Shown piece by piece: positions 16,957 to 26,783 of a stretch of 52,080 nucleotides of DNA. The first letter of the stretch is position 1. Every line of letters starts with the position of its first letter. The DNA comes from a virus (Duplodnaviria > Caudoviricetes). The stretch covers positions 1 to 52,080 of the IMG/VR virus record IMGVR_UViG_3300048599_000785, one strand, 5' to 3'. A model generated the notes under the pieces. The model saw only the letters and a list, made by a program, of their open reading frames with translations. It made no database searches and had not been told where the DNA came from. Made by a program: the position numbers and the translations under genes.

Positions 16957-17532
16957 ATGGAAAAGGCAGCGAAGCTGGAAGAGACCACCTCCCCGGACGG
17001 GGTGAAGGCCGGGCCGGCGTGGTACGTGGTCTGCGCCCGGTCGGGGCAGGAGCGGATCGCCCGCGACCAACTGGAGCGCCAGGGGTACGAGCCCTACCTG
17101 CCGATGCACGCGGTGGTGCTCAAGTCGGGGCCGAAGCGGGGCGAGCTGGAGCTGCGGCCGTTCTTTCCGCGCTACCTGTTCGTGAAGACCGACCTGCTGC
17201 GCAAGCCGTGGCGGCCGATGCTCTCGACCATCGGGGTGCGCAGCCTGCTGATGAGCGGCGATCACCCGATGTCGATCGGGTCGCGGTTCGTGGACAAGAT
17301 CCGGGCGCACGAGGAGGCCGGCGGCTTCATCCGCATCGCGGACCGGCCCGCGCCGCCGCCGCCCAGGCACGTCCGCGGCGAGAAGGTCCGCGTGGTCGGG
17401 ACGGCGTTCGACCGGTTCGAGGGGGTGTTCGTGGAGCAGGTTGACGGAAAACGCGTGGCGATCCTACTCTCGCTGCTCGGGGGTGATTCGCGCGTCCTGC
17501 TCGATGCCTCTGAGATCGAAAAGGCGGTCTAG
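16957..17532 (+). CDS. NusG-family antitermination protein (in the Q-gene position)
   Basis: WYVV..GQE, PFFPRYLFV NGN domain; GEKVRVVGTAFDRFEG KOW domain. Confidence 0.9.
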   Translation: MEKAAKLEETTSPDGVKAGPAWYVVCARSGQERIARDQLERQGYEPYLPMHAVVLKSGPKRGELELRPFFPRYLFVKTDLLRKPWRPMLSTIGVRSLLMSGDHPMSIGSRFVDKIRAHEEAGGFIRIADRPAPPPPRHVRGEKVRVVGTAFDRFEGVFVEQVDGKRVAILLSLLGGDSRVLLDASEIEKAV

Positions 17533-17603
17533 CCGCCGGTTTTCACCCAGCCCCCCTCGCGAGGCCGGGTGTGGTAACCATCCAAGACCCCAGCGATGTC
17601 TCC

Positions 17604-17633
17604 GCCCGCCCTGGCCCCGCCGCGGCGGGCTTT
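17604..17633 (+). terminator. Putative intrinsic terminator ahead of late genes
   Basis: GCCCGCC..GGCGGGC stem followed by TTT (short U tract). Confidence 0.45.
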
Positions 17634-17650
17634 CCATTGGGCGAGGGCGC

Positions 17651-18235
17651 GTGGCCGATCTGCGGATCACTCCTGGCGACCAGACCCTTGCCCGCTATGG
17701 CAACGCCATGGCGATCCTCGGCGACTACGGGACGCGGCAGGTGCTGGCCCGGGCGCTGAACCGGACCGGCGGGCCGATGTTGACGGCCGTGCGGCGCGCC
17801 CTGCGGGACCAGACCTCGGCCCCGATGGCGATCATCCGCAAGCAGGTCGTCGCCCGGAAGGCCTGGGCGGGGACGGCGATGGGCGCAGGCAAGCTCGAGT
17901 TCGCCATCGTGGCGTCGGGGCGGCCGTTGTCGCTGGCCTACTTCAATCCGCGCGAGACCCGGCAGGGCGTGCGGGCCAAGGTGTGGGGTGCGGTGCAGAC
18001 CTATCCCGGCATGTTCATGAAGGGCGGCCGCTTCCCGAAGCGGGTCGCCGCCCCTGAGCTGCGCGGCCAAGTGTTCGTGCGGGCGGACGCGACGCGGCTG
18101 CCCATCGAGCGCACGTTCGGCCCGGCCCTCCCGAAGGAGCTGGTGCAGGGCAAGGCGCGCGAGGCCTTCGACCAGGGCGTCGAACGCCTCGGCCGCGACA
18201 TCGACCACGAGCTCTACCGCGCCCTCCCCGCCTGA
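17651..18235 (+). CDS. Lambda gpZ-like minor tail protein
   Basis: ARALNRTG..LSLAYF..GVRAKVWG..RLPIERTFGPALPKEL. Confidence 0.75.
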   Translation: MADLRITPGDQTLARYGNAMAILGDYGTRQVLARALNRTGGPMLTAVRRALRDQTSAPMAIIRKQVVARKAWAGTAMGAGKLEFAIVASGRPLSLAYFNPRETRQGVRAKVWGAVQTYPGMFMKGGRFPKRVAAPELRGQVFVRADATRLPIERTFGPALPKELVQGKAREAFDQGVERLGRDIDHELYRALPA

Positions 18236-18259
18236 CCCGGTTTGGGTCGCCCCATCCAC

Positions 18260-18373
18260 GGGTCCTTCCCCCCTGCCCCAACGCCCGACGCTGCCGCAGC
18301 GGCCCGGGATTTCGGTAGTGAGCGGCGTTGCAGGGGGTGCAACGGGCGTTGCTGGGCGCAACAGGAGTGCAAC
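18260..18373 (+). other. cos-like packaging site
   Basis: GGGTCCT (identical to lambda cosQ) at 18260; dyad CGCTGC-C-GCAGCG at 18289-18301; five GTTGC/GCAAC repeats at 18327-18373; precedes terS. Confidence 0.6.
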
Positions 18374-18378
18374 GGGCC

Positions 18379-18927
18379 ATGGCCGAGGAGTGGGTCACCG
18401 TCTCCGAAGCGGCGCGCCGCGCCGGCGCGAACAAGTCGAGCATCTCCCGCTTCCTCGACCGCAACGCGGACGTGCCGGTGCGCCGGGACGGCGGCGGCCG
18501 GGTCAACCTCGTGGAGTACGGCGCACTGAGCGCCGCGCGGAAGTCGTCGCTGTCGGTTCAGGACAGCCAGCACCACCCGAACGAGTCGCCGACGCCCGGC
18601 GGGCAAGGAGCCGCGAGCGGCGCTCGCAAGCGGGACCTGGAAATCGAGAAGCTCGAGCTGGACCTCGCCGACCGGAAGGGCGAGGTCATCGACCGAGCCG
18701 CGGTCCAGCTGTTCATCGAAAGCGCCGGGGTCGCCCTGGTGCAGGCGCTGGAGCGCAGTCGGCGCGGCCTCGCCGACCGGATCGCCAGTCTGAGCGACAC
18801 CCGCGCCGTCGAGCTCGAGCTCAAGGCTAACGACCGGGCGCTGCTGCAGGCGTTCGCAGACGACCTGGGCCGCGCCGCCGCCGGAGTGTCCGCGGTCTCC
18901 GCAGACGAGAGCGCAGCCGCGGCCTGA
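18379..18927 (+). CDS. Terminase small subunit
   Basis: N-terminal HTH, coiled coil with RKGEVIDR; upstream of terL. Confidence 0.8.
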   Translation: MAEEWVTVSEAARRAGANKSSISRFLDRNADVPVRRDGGGRVNLVEYGALSAARKSSLSVQDSQHHPNESPTPGGQGAASGARKRDLEIEKLELDLADRKGEVIDRAAVQLFIESAGVALVQALERSRRGLADRIASLSDTRAVELELKANDRALLQAFADDLGRAAAGVSAVSADESAAAA

Positions 18928-18928
18928 C

Positions 18929-21037
18929 ATGGGCGTCTTCTCCGCCTTCGAGATCGCCCGCGATTCCGCGGTGCTGCTCCGCGCCCTCGCCGCCATCGTC
19001 ACGCCGCCGCCGGACCTGCGCCTCTCGGAATGGGCGGAGGGGCGGCTCGTCATCCCGGGCGAGACAGGCACCGAGCGCGCTGGGCCGCTTAGCTGGGCGG
19101 GCTTCGAGTACCTGATCGAGCCGATGGATCGGCTCCATCCCGACGAAGCCGCTCGCGACGTCACCTTCCTCGGCTCCGCTCAGGTCGCCAAGACCACGAT
19201 CGGCGTGGTCGCGACCCAGTTCTACAGCTCGGAGATCCCCCGGCCCTGGGGCGTCGCCCTGCCCTCGACCGACGAGGTGCTGAAGTACAATCGGTCCAAG
19301 TGGCAGCCGATCTGCGACGCGACCCCCGAGCTCAAGCGCAAGATCCGGCCCGTCTCGAGCCGGGACGAACAGGGCAGCACCAACACTTACAAGCGCTTCG
19401 CCGGCGGCTTCGGCCAGTTCTTCGCCGTCGGCTCGCCCAAGGCGCTTCAGATGATCAGCCTCTGCCTGGTCGTCTACGAAGAGACCCCCAACTGGGACCG
19501 CGAGGTCGGCGGCCGCGGCGACCCGCGCGCCCAGATCCGCAAGCGCCAGATCCGATGGGAACGGGCCGGCGCCAAGACCTTCCACAACGCCACGCCGGGC
19601 CTGCTCCTCCCCGAGGAAGACGACGAGGCGGGGACGTTGCCCGGCGCCGGGTGCCCGGTCACCGAGGACTTCCTCGCCGGCGACCAGCGGCGCCTCTACC
19701 ACCCCTGCCCTCATTGCGGCGACCTGGCGGGCGGCGTGCTTCTCCGGCTCGACTACTCACAGATGGCGGGCCTGGCCGCCGGCGAAACGCCCCACTTCAA
19801 CTGCCCCGGCTGCGGCGCGGAAATCGTCCACCGCCACAAGGCCGAGATGGTCCGTCGCTGCCACCCCTACGCCGCCCTCGACGGCCAGCGCGGCGGCTGG
19901 ATCCCGACCTTCCCGTCCCAGGATCCGGCCAACCCGGCGCCCGACTGGTTCATTCCCGCCGCCGAATTCGACCGCTGGCGCGGCCGGGACTGCGAGGGCC
20001 GCCAGCCCAGCTACCACGCCTGGCAGGTGGTCTCGTCGGCCGTCGACTGGGACTACATCGCCGCCGAGCACCGCGGCGCCGAAACCGGGACCGAGGCGGT
20101 TAAGACCGCCTTCAGCCAGCAGATCCTGGGCGAGGCCTACCGGCTCACCTTCGCCCGGACCAAGCTAGAGCTGCTGCTCGAAAAGCGGGATCCGCGGCTG
20201 GAGCGCGGCGTCGTCCCCGAGGGCTTCGAGCTCCTCACCTGCGCCGTGGACCTAAACGGCGACTGGGCCCAGTGGACGGTCTACGCCTGGGGTCCCCAGG
20301 CAGAGCACGTCATCGTCGATCGCGGGCGAATCGAAGGGTCGCCCAAGGACGCGCAGCTCTGGACCGATCTCGACGCCCTACGCCGGCGGACCTTCCCCCA
20401 CGCTGCGGGCGGCCGGCTCGGCTTCGAGGGCTTCGGCATCGACTCCGGCTACGGCACCGTCCACGTCTACGCGTTTTGCTCGCACCGCGCCGACGTGAAA
20501 GCGCTCGACGGCGCGGACGGCTGGGGCCTGATGCCGCTTCGCCGGGCCGGCGTGCAGAAGCTGAAGGGCGACGACGGCACCCTCGTCCGCTGCCGCACCT
20601 GGCGGGTCGGCACCTGGGACCTGAAGCGCGAGTTGTTGAACGACGTCATACCCGCCGCGCTGGGCTCGGAAATGTCGGCGCGCGGGGCGCTCAAGCCGCA
20701 CTGGCCGGGCTGGCTCGAGCGGGACTTCTTCGAAGAGCTGACCGCAGAGGCCCTCGGCAAGGTTCAAGACCGCAAGACCGGGGTCGAGAAGGCCGAGAGC
20801 TGGGTCCGCGTCCGCCGGCGCAACGAGGAAATGGACCTCTACGTCTACAACGCCGCCCTGGCCCGGGCGAAGGGCGTGGGCGTGCAAGGCTCCGAACCCG
20901 ATTGGCTCGAGCTCGGGCGCAAGCGCGCCACCGGGCAGCTGGAGCTCGAGGCCGTGTGGGAGCGCCCTCCGGCCGCCGAACCCAAGCCGGCCGGCGCGCC
21001 CAAGGCGGGCGGCTGGGGCTGGAAAGCGAGTAGCTGA
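18929..21037 (+). CDS. Terminase large subunit (lambda GpA family)
   Basis: LSEWAE, SAQVAKT, GDQRRLYHPCPHCG, LTCAVD, GIDSG, RNEEMD. Confidence 0.93.
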   Translation: MGVFSAFEIARDSAVLLRALAAIVTPPPDLRLSEWAEGRLVIPGETGTERAGPLSWAGFEYLIEPMDRLHPDEAARDVTFLGSAQVAKTTIGVVATQFYSSEIPRPWGVALPSTDEVLKYNRSKWQPICDATPELKRKIRPVSSRDEQGSTNTYKRFAGGFGQFFAVGSPKALQMISLCLVVYEETPNWDREVGGRGDPRAQIRKRQIRWERAGAKTFHNATPGLLLPEEDDEAGTLPGAGCPVTEDFLAGDQRRLYHPCPHCGDLAGGVLLRLDYSQMAGLAAGETPHFNCPGCGAEIVHRHKAEMVRRCHPYAALDGQRGGWIPTFPSQDPANPAPDWFIPAAEFDRWRGRDCEGRQPSYHAWQVVSSAVDWDYIAAEHRGAETGTEAVKTAFSQQILGEAYRLTFARTKLELLLEKRDPRLERGVVPEGFELLTCAVDLNGDWAQWTVYAWGPQAEHVIVDRGRIEGSPKDAQLWTDLDALRRRTFPHAAGGRLGFEGFGIDSGYGTVHVYAFCSHRADVKALDGADGWGLMPLRRAGVQKLKGDDGTLVRCRTWRVGTWDLKRELLNDVIPAALGSEMSARGALKPHWPGWLERDFFEELTAEALGKVQDRKTGVEKAESWVRVRRRNEEMDLYVYNAALARAKGVGVQGSEPDWLELGRKRATGQLELEAVWERPPAAEPKPAGAPKAGGWGWKASS

Positions 21038-21252
21038 TGGCCCTGACACCGACCCAATGCGCCGAGCTGCAGAGGCTGCGCGCTCAGCTGGCCGAACTCG
21101 GCGCCGGTGGCGCTATCACCGTGACCCAGTTCAACGGCCGTCGGACCGAGTTCGCCAAGGGCGATCCGAAGATCATCACCGATCGCATCGCCGAGCTCGA
21201 GCGCCTCGAAGCCGGCGGCCGCCGGCGCGGCGCGCTTCGCTTCCGTGTCTGA
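21037..21252 (+). CDS. gpW-like head-tail joining protein
   Basis: Size, position and FNGRRTEF pattern. Confidence 0.75.
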   Translation: MALTPTQCAELQRLRAQLAELGAGGAITVTQFNGRRTEFAKGDPKIITDRIAELERLEAGGRRRGALRFRV

Positions 21253-21264
21253 GAGGAACCCGCC

Positions 21265-21672
21265 ATGTCCCGCACCAAGCCTTCCGCCGCGGCTACGGTC
21301 GCTGCCCCGACCGACACCGGCGCGGCCGACCAACCGGCCGCCCTTCATCCCATCTTCCCCGCCCTCGCGCGCCATGCAGTTGCGATGGCCGCGGTCGTCA
21401 AGTTCCCCAGCAGCCCGGTCCCGCCGGCGCTGATCGAGCGGCTTGACCAGGCGACTCAAGGCGTCCTGGCCGCGGCGGCCATGGGCGGCGCTGAGGGCGT
21501 TCCTGCGCCTTCGGTAAACCTCGGTGGTGTCGAGGACCGGCTGGCCCGGCTTGAGGCCTTCGCAGATCGGGTCTCGGGCGATCTGCCGGCCCGCCTGTCC
21601 GCCATCGAAGAGAAGGTGGAGGCCGCCTTGCCCGCCGCCGGCGAGAAGGCCGCGGCCGAGGGACAGGACTAA
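21265..21672 (+). CDS. Hypothetical protein
   Basis: GAGG RBS; lies between gpW and portal. Confidence 0.65.
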   Translation: MSRTKPSAAATVAAPTDTGAADQPAALHPIFPALARHAVAMAAVVKFPSSPVPPALIERLDQATQGVLAAAAMGGAEGVPAPSVNLGGVEDRLARLEAFADRVSGDLPARLSAIEEKVEAALPAAGEKAAAEGQD

Positions 21673-21678
21673 CCCACC

Positions 21679-23334
21679 ATGCGCGCGCCGCTCGCACCCT
21701 CCGGCCTGGTCGACGCCTCGGGTCGATCCATCTCGCGCTTCGAGGTGGATCGGGTCCGCGCGCGCGCCGACGTTGGGGGTTCGTTCGGCCTCCCGGCCTA
21801 CGAGTCGGCCGGCAACCGCGGCACATTCCTCGGCGAGTGGCCCGCCCAGCTGCAGTCCGCGGACCGGGCCTGGCTTCCGGCACGGCGGTCGGTCACCGCC
21901 CGCGTCCACGACGTGGTCCGAAACGATCCGCTCGGCGCCTCGGCCCGCGCCCGCCGCGTCAACAGCGCCATCGGGCGCGGCTGGCGGGTCAAGTTCCGCC
22001 CCAACGCGCGCGCCCTCGGCATCGACCTCGAGGTGGCCCGCGAGCTCGGCGCGCAGCTCGGGGTCGAGTTCCACCTCTACGCCAACAGCCACAGCTTCCA
22101 GTCGGACGCCGAGCGCCGGCTGACCTTCAGCCAGCAGCTGCGCCTGACCGCCAGCCACATCATGCTCGACGGCGAGGCCCTGGGCCTGGGCGAGTGGGCC
22201 GGCGAGGAGGAGACCCGCTACAAGACCCGCCTCCGGATGGTCGCCCCCGCCCGGCTCTGCAACCCGAACGGCCGGCAGAACACGGACCGTCTCCGCGACG
22301 GCGTCGAATACAACACGCGGGGCGCGCCGGTCCGCTATCACCTGCGCGAGCGCGTCCCTGGCGACTACGGCCTCACGAACAGCTTCACCTGGAAGGCCTT
22401 CGACCGCTGGACGGCCTGGGGCCGGCCCCAGGTCTTCCACTGTTTCGAGGTGGAGCAGGCCGGACAAAGCCGCGGCGTCTCCCGGTTCGTGGCCGCCCTG
22501 AAGAGCTTCCGCGCCTTCGCCAAGTACACCGACGCCACCCTGCAGTCGGCGACGATCAACGCCCTGATCGTCGGCTATCTGAAGTCCAATGCCGGCCCTG
22601 CCGCGGTCAGCGAATCCTTCGAAGTGAAGGACGCCCAGGCGTTCGAGTCCGAGCGCCAGGCGCACTATGACAGCAACCCGATCAAGCTCGCAGAGGGCGC
22701 GATCCTCCCGGTCCTACCCCCAGGCGACGAGATCAAGCTCGAGACGGCCAGCCGCGACGTCGGTTCCTACGACGCCTTCGTGCGGGCGATCATCCGGCTG
22801 ATCGCCGCCGCCCTCGGCGTCACCTACGAAGAGCTGTCGATGGACTACTCGCAGACGAACTATTCGTCTGCGCGGGCGGCCCTGATCCACGCCTGGGCCG
22901 AGACCCAGTCGCTCATGGGCCTGATCGAGGATCAGATGGTTCGCCCCTTCGTGGTGGCCTGGTCCGAGGAAGCCTTCGACCGCGGCTACGTCGAGATCCC
23001 CGACGGCGCGCCCGACTTCTACGACGCGGTCGACGCCTACACCCAGATCCACTGCATCGGCCCGGGCCGCGGCTACATCGATCCCACCAAGGAGATCGAC
23101 GCCGCCGCGGCGCGCATCGAGGCCGGCGTCTCGACCCTCGAGGACGAGTGCGAGGATCAGGGCAAGGACTACGAAGAGGTCCAGGAGCAGCGCTATCGCG
23201 AGCTCGCCCGCGAGAAGGAGCTCCAGGAAAAGTACGGCGTCGCGCCGCCCGCGGCGCAGGCCCTGGCCCGGGCGGCGGAGACCTCCCGCGACCCCGCCCA
23301 CAACGCCGCCCTCGACCAGCGCGCCGCCGCCTGA
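21679..23334 (+). CDS. Portal protein, lambda family
   Basis: VRND, GQSRGVS, YSQTNYSSAR, IDPTKE. Confidence 0.95.
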   Translation: MRAPLAPSGLVDASGRSISRFEVDRVRARADVGGSFGLPAYESAGNRGTFLGEWPAQLQSADRAWLPARRSVTARVHDVVRNDPLGASARARRVNSAIGRGWRVKFRPNARALGIDLEVARELGAQLGVEFHLYANSHSFQSDAERRLTFSQQLRLTASHIMLDGEALGLGEWAGEEETRYKTRLRMVAPARLCNPNGRQNTDRLRDGVEYNTRGAPVRYHLRERVPGDYGLTNSFTWKAFDRWTAWGRPQVFHCFEVEQAGQSRGVSRFVAALKSFRAFAKYTDATLQSATINALIVGYLKSNAGPAAVSESFEVKDAQAFESERQAHYDSNPIKLAEGAILPVLPPGDEIKLETASRDVGSYDAFVRAIIRLIAAALGVTYEELSMDYSQTNYSSARAALIHAWAETQSLMGLIEDQMVRPFVVAWSEEAFDRGYVEIPDGAPDFYDAVDAYTQIHCIGPGRGYIDPTKEIDAAAARIEAGVSTLEDECEDQGKDYEEVQEQRYRELAREKELQEKYGVAPPAAQALARAAETSRDPAHNAALDQRAAA

Positions 23335-23345
23335 AGGACTGACCC

Positions 23346-24842
23346 ATGCCGAATGCGGTGATGCTCGCCGCCCGCCTGGCGGGACGGCCCCTGCTGATGC
23401 GCGCCGATGCGGCGGAGCAGTATGCGCGCCAGCTGCTCGCGGTCGCGCCGCCCCGTCCGCCGCGCGAAGGACGTTCGCCGATCGGCGCCCTGCTGGACTG
23501 GGCGCGGCGCGACCGCAGGGCGGCCGCCACGACCGAGGCGCCGGCGGAGGAACGCGGCCGTCCGTCGTGCTACTGGCCGCTGTGGCTAGACCGCACCGAG
23601 GGCGAGCCGGACGGCGTCGGCTTCGGCTGGCTGCTGAGCGGCTCCATCGCCATCGTCGGCATCGAGGGGCCGCTGCTCGACCGCGGCTTCTACTACGAGA
23701 GCTGGTCCGGCGAGGCCTGCTGGGTCCACGGCTACGACACCCTGGCGGAGACCTTCGCCGAGATCGAGACCGACGACCGGGTGAAGGGCGTCTTCGTCCA
23801 TTACGACACGCCCGGCGGAATGGCCTCGAGCGGGCTGCCCGAGCTGGCCGATCAGATCCGGGCGCTGGGCCAGACCAAGCCCGTCTGGGCCTTCTGCGAC
23901 ATGGCCGCCAGCGCGGGCTACTGGCTCGCCTCGGCCTCGACCCGGGCGCTGGCCCCGCGCTTCGGCGACGTCGGGTCGATCGGCGCCGTCGCGACCCACT
24001 GCGACATGTCGGGCGCCCTCGCCCAGGAAGGCTTCAAGGTCACCCACATCCAGTTCGGCAAGCGCAAGACCGACGGCTCGCCCTACAAGCCCCTGTCCGA
24101 CACGGCCCGCGCCGACTGGCAGGCCCAGATCGACGAGCTCGGCCAGATCTTCGTCGCCGGCGTCGTCGCCAACCGGCCCGGGCTGACCGAGGACGCGGTA
24201 CTCGCAACCGAGGCCGCCTGCTACCTCGCCGAACACTCGGATCCGGCCCGCTCCGGCCTGGCCATCGGCCTGGTCGATGAAATCGCCTCGGAGCAGGCGG
24301 CGTTCGCCGCGCTGCAGACCCTCGTCTCTCCAGCAGAGGAAGATCCCATGTCCACCAATACCGCTCGCCAGACGGCGATCGAGGGCGCACGCGCCCGCAC
24401 CGCCGCGGCCACCCAGACCGCTGACGCCACGGCCGAGACCCAGACCGAAGCCGAGGCGGGCGATCCGGCCGACGGCGGGACCGAGGGCGATGGGTCCGAC
24501 ACGGAGGCGGACGATACGGCGGCCGGCGGCGACACCGACGCGAGCGCCGCTCGCACCGAAACCACGGCCGCCGCGGCGATCGCCGCCAGCGCCGAGGCCA
24601 AGACCCACCCCAACCTGGCGCTGGCCGCCATCTCGAGCGGCATGACCGTCGACCAGTTCAAGGCCGCCGTGGCGGCCGCCCCTGCCTCCCCGCAAAAGCA
24701 GTCCCGCCTCGACCAGGCGATGGCCGGTGCGCCCCGCCTCGGCGCAGACGCCGCCGCGGCCGGCGGCGACGCCGAGCGCAGCGGCTTCTCGACCGCCATC
24801 TCCGCCCGCACCCAGGCGAACCGCGACAAGGGCAAAGCCTGA
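23346..24842 (+). CDS. S49 prohead protease (gpC-like) with nested C-terminal scaffold
   Basis: DTPGG, MAASAGYWLAS, VGSIG; internal ATG at 24348 with GAGG RBS. Confidence 0.92.
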   Translation: MPNAVMLAARLAGRPLLMRADAAEQYARQLLAVAPPRPPREGRSPIGALLDWARRDRRAAATTEAPAEERGRPSCYWPLWLDRTEGEPDGVGFGWLLSGSIAIVGIEGPLLDRGFYYESWSGEACWVHGYDTLAETFAEIETDDRVKGVFVHYDTPGGMASSGLPELADQIRALGQTKPVWAFCDMAASAGYWLASASTRALAPRFGDVGSIGAVATHCDMSGALAQEGFKVTHIQFGKRKTDGSPYKPLSDTARADWQAQIDELGQIFVAGVVANRPGLTEDAVLATEAACYLAEHSDPARSGLAIGLVDEIASEQAAFAALQTLVSPAEEDPMSTNTARQTAIEGARARTAAATQTADATAETQTEAEAGDPADGGTEGDGSDTEADDTAAGGDTDASAARTETTAAAAIAASAEAKTHPNLALAAISSGMTVDQFKAAVAAAPASPQKQSRLDQAMAGAPRLGADAAAAGGDAERSGFSTAISARTQANRDKGKA

Positions 24843-24907
24843 GTTGCCGCCGGCGCGCGGCGGGTTAGCGCGCTCCCCTCCCCTCAACCTGACAACAGGA
24901 GGCCCCC

Positions 24908-25612
24908 ATGAAGGCCTATGCGATCGACACCGGCCTGCCGGGCCTCAGTGACTTCCTTCATTCAGAGTACGATCCGACTTACACGACCGACACCCGCGTG
25001 GTGCTGGCCGGCTCGGGCGGGACCCGCTCTCTTCCCGCACTGTGCCTCGTCGCCGCTGTCATGCGAGGCGCCGCGACCGTGACGCCGGGCGCCGTTGTCT
25101 CTGCCTCCGGCGGCACGCCCGGTAACGGCTCGATCGGCACCGTAACTGCCGACGCCGACGCCCAGGCCGGTGACTATCAGATGGTGTTCATCGAGCCCCA
25201 GGCGGACCTTGGCGTGTTCCAGCTGTTCCGGCCTGACGGGATTCTCGACGGCACGGGTAAGGTGGGGACGGCCTACAACGGGATGCTCAACTTCACCCAG
25301 GCCGACGGATCCAACAACTTCGTCGAAGGCGACCGCCGCACGATCAACGTCGCCTTCGCGGCGGGGTCCGGCAAGCTGGTGCGCTGGAATCCGGCCGGGA
25401 CCGACGGTTCGCAGACCATCCTGGGCGTGAACTGCTTCGCGCAGGAAGCGCCGGACGGCGTCGACGGCCCGGCCGCCCCCTATCTCGCCCGGGGCCCCGT
25501 TGTGGGCCGCAAGGAGGCCCTCGTCTGGCATTCGGGGGTCACCGACAACGAGAAGGCCATCGCCTACGCCGCCCTGTCGGCGCTGGGCATCGAGTGCCGC
25601 ACCTCGGGCTGA
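24908..25612 (+). CDS. Head decoration protein
   Basis: Position before MCP; WNPAGTDGSQ, LARGP..ALVW, LSALGI. Confidence 0.8.
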   Translation: MKAYAIDTGLPGLSDFLHSEYDPTYTTDTRVVLAGSGGTRSLPALCLVAAVMRGAATVTPGAVVSASGGTPGNGSIGTVTADADAQAGDYQMVFIEPQADLGVFQLFRPDGILDGTGKVGTAYNGMLNFTQADGSNNFVEGDRRTINVAFAAGSGKLVRWNPAGTDGSQTILGVNCFAQEAPDGVDGPAAPYLARGPVVGRKEALVWHSGVTDNEKAIAYAALSALGIECRTSG

Positions 25613-25689
25613 CCCCAGCCCACCTCCGGCGGATGCGCAGCCGCGCATAGGCCGCCCTCCGCCAACCCATCATCGGAAAGGGCCAAACG

Positions 25690-26754
25690 ATGCCCCTCAC
25701 TACCCTGGCCTCCACGGCCGCGACGCTTCCCTTCCTGGCCGCCGAACATGCCGGCCTGGTCAACTCGATCCCCTACACCTTCGGCCAGATCAACGCCGAC
25801 GGGCTGTTCCCGACCCGAGGCCTCGACACGCCCTTCGTGCGCGTCGACCTGGTGGACGGGGTGATCACCGCGCTGCCCGTCACCGAAGGCGGCCGCCCGT
25901 CGAGCATTGCGCGGGCCGGCGGCTCGAAGGCGCGGGTGCTGGAGATCCCCAACATCAGCCACGAGGACAGCGTCCTCGCGAGCGACGTGCGGAGCTGGCA
26001 GGCGCTGGCGGCGCGGTCGCGCAATCCCGAAGAGACCCTGGTCAATAGCGTCGAGGAGCGGCACCGCCGCAACCGGCTCAAGTTCGACATCACCCTCGAG
26101 GTGATGCGGATGGGCGCGCTGCAGGGCGTGATCAAGGACGGCGCAGGCACCACGCTCTATGACCTCTACGAGGTCTTCGGCCTGACCCAGCGCGTCGTCT
26201 ACTTCGATCTCGACAACACCAGCGCCGACGTGCCGGCCAAGATCGAAGCCCTGATCTCCGGCACCGAGGACGCGCTCATCGACGAGGTGATGACCGGGGT
26301 CGAGGTGCGTGTGGATCCGATCTTCTACGACAAGCTGATCAAGCACGCCTCGATCGCGAAGTTCTACCAGAACACCCCGCTCTACCAGCAGCTGCTGAAC
26401 CAGCAGCGCACGGAGGTCGCCGGCCAGTTCCGCCGGTCGATCACCCTGGCTGGCGTCACCTTCAAGGAATACCGCAGCAAGGTGAAGCTGTGGGGGGCCG
26501 ACACCGCCACCAAGCTGATCGGCGACGGCCTGGGCTACGCCAATCCGGTCGGCACCGTGGACACCCACGCCACCTTCGTCGCGCCGCCCCTCGACATCCG
26601 GTCCGACCAGATGGGCGACCCCGGCGATCTGATCCATATGACCGAGGAACTGATGAAGCACGGCGCCGGTCTGGAGTGGAAGTACCAGGCCAACGCCCTG
26701 CCGATCTGGAAGCGCCCGGCCCTGCTGACCAAGGTCAGCACCGCCGCGGCCTAA
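25690..26754 (+). CDS. Major capsid protein (lambda E family)
   Basis: TLEVMRMGALQG, DLYEVFG, QANALPIWKRP. Confidence 0.93.
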   Translation: MPLTTLASTAATLPFLAAEHAGLVNSIPYTFGQINADGLFPTRGLDTPFVRVDLVDGVITALPVTEGGRPSSIARAGGSKARVLEIPNISHEDSVLASDVRSWQALAARSRNPEETLVNSVEERHRRNRLKFDITLEVMRMGALQGVIKDGAGTTLYDLYEVFGLTQRVVYFDLDNTSADVPAKIEALISGTEDALIDEVMTGVEVRVDPIFYDKLIKHASIAKFYQNTPLYQQLLNQQRTEVAGQFRRSITLAGVTFKEYRSKVKLWGADTATKLIGDGLGYANPVGTVDTHATFVAPPLDIRSDQMGDPGDLIHMTEELMKHGAGLEWKYQANALPIWKRPALLTKVSTAAA

Positions 26755-26783
26755 GCCGCGCGCCGCTCGCACGGGCCGCCGTC

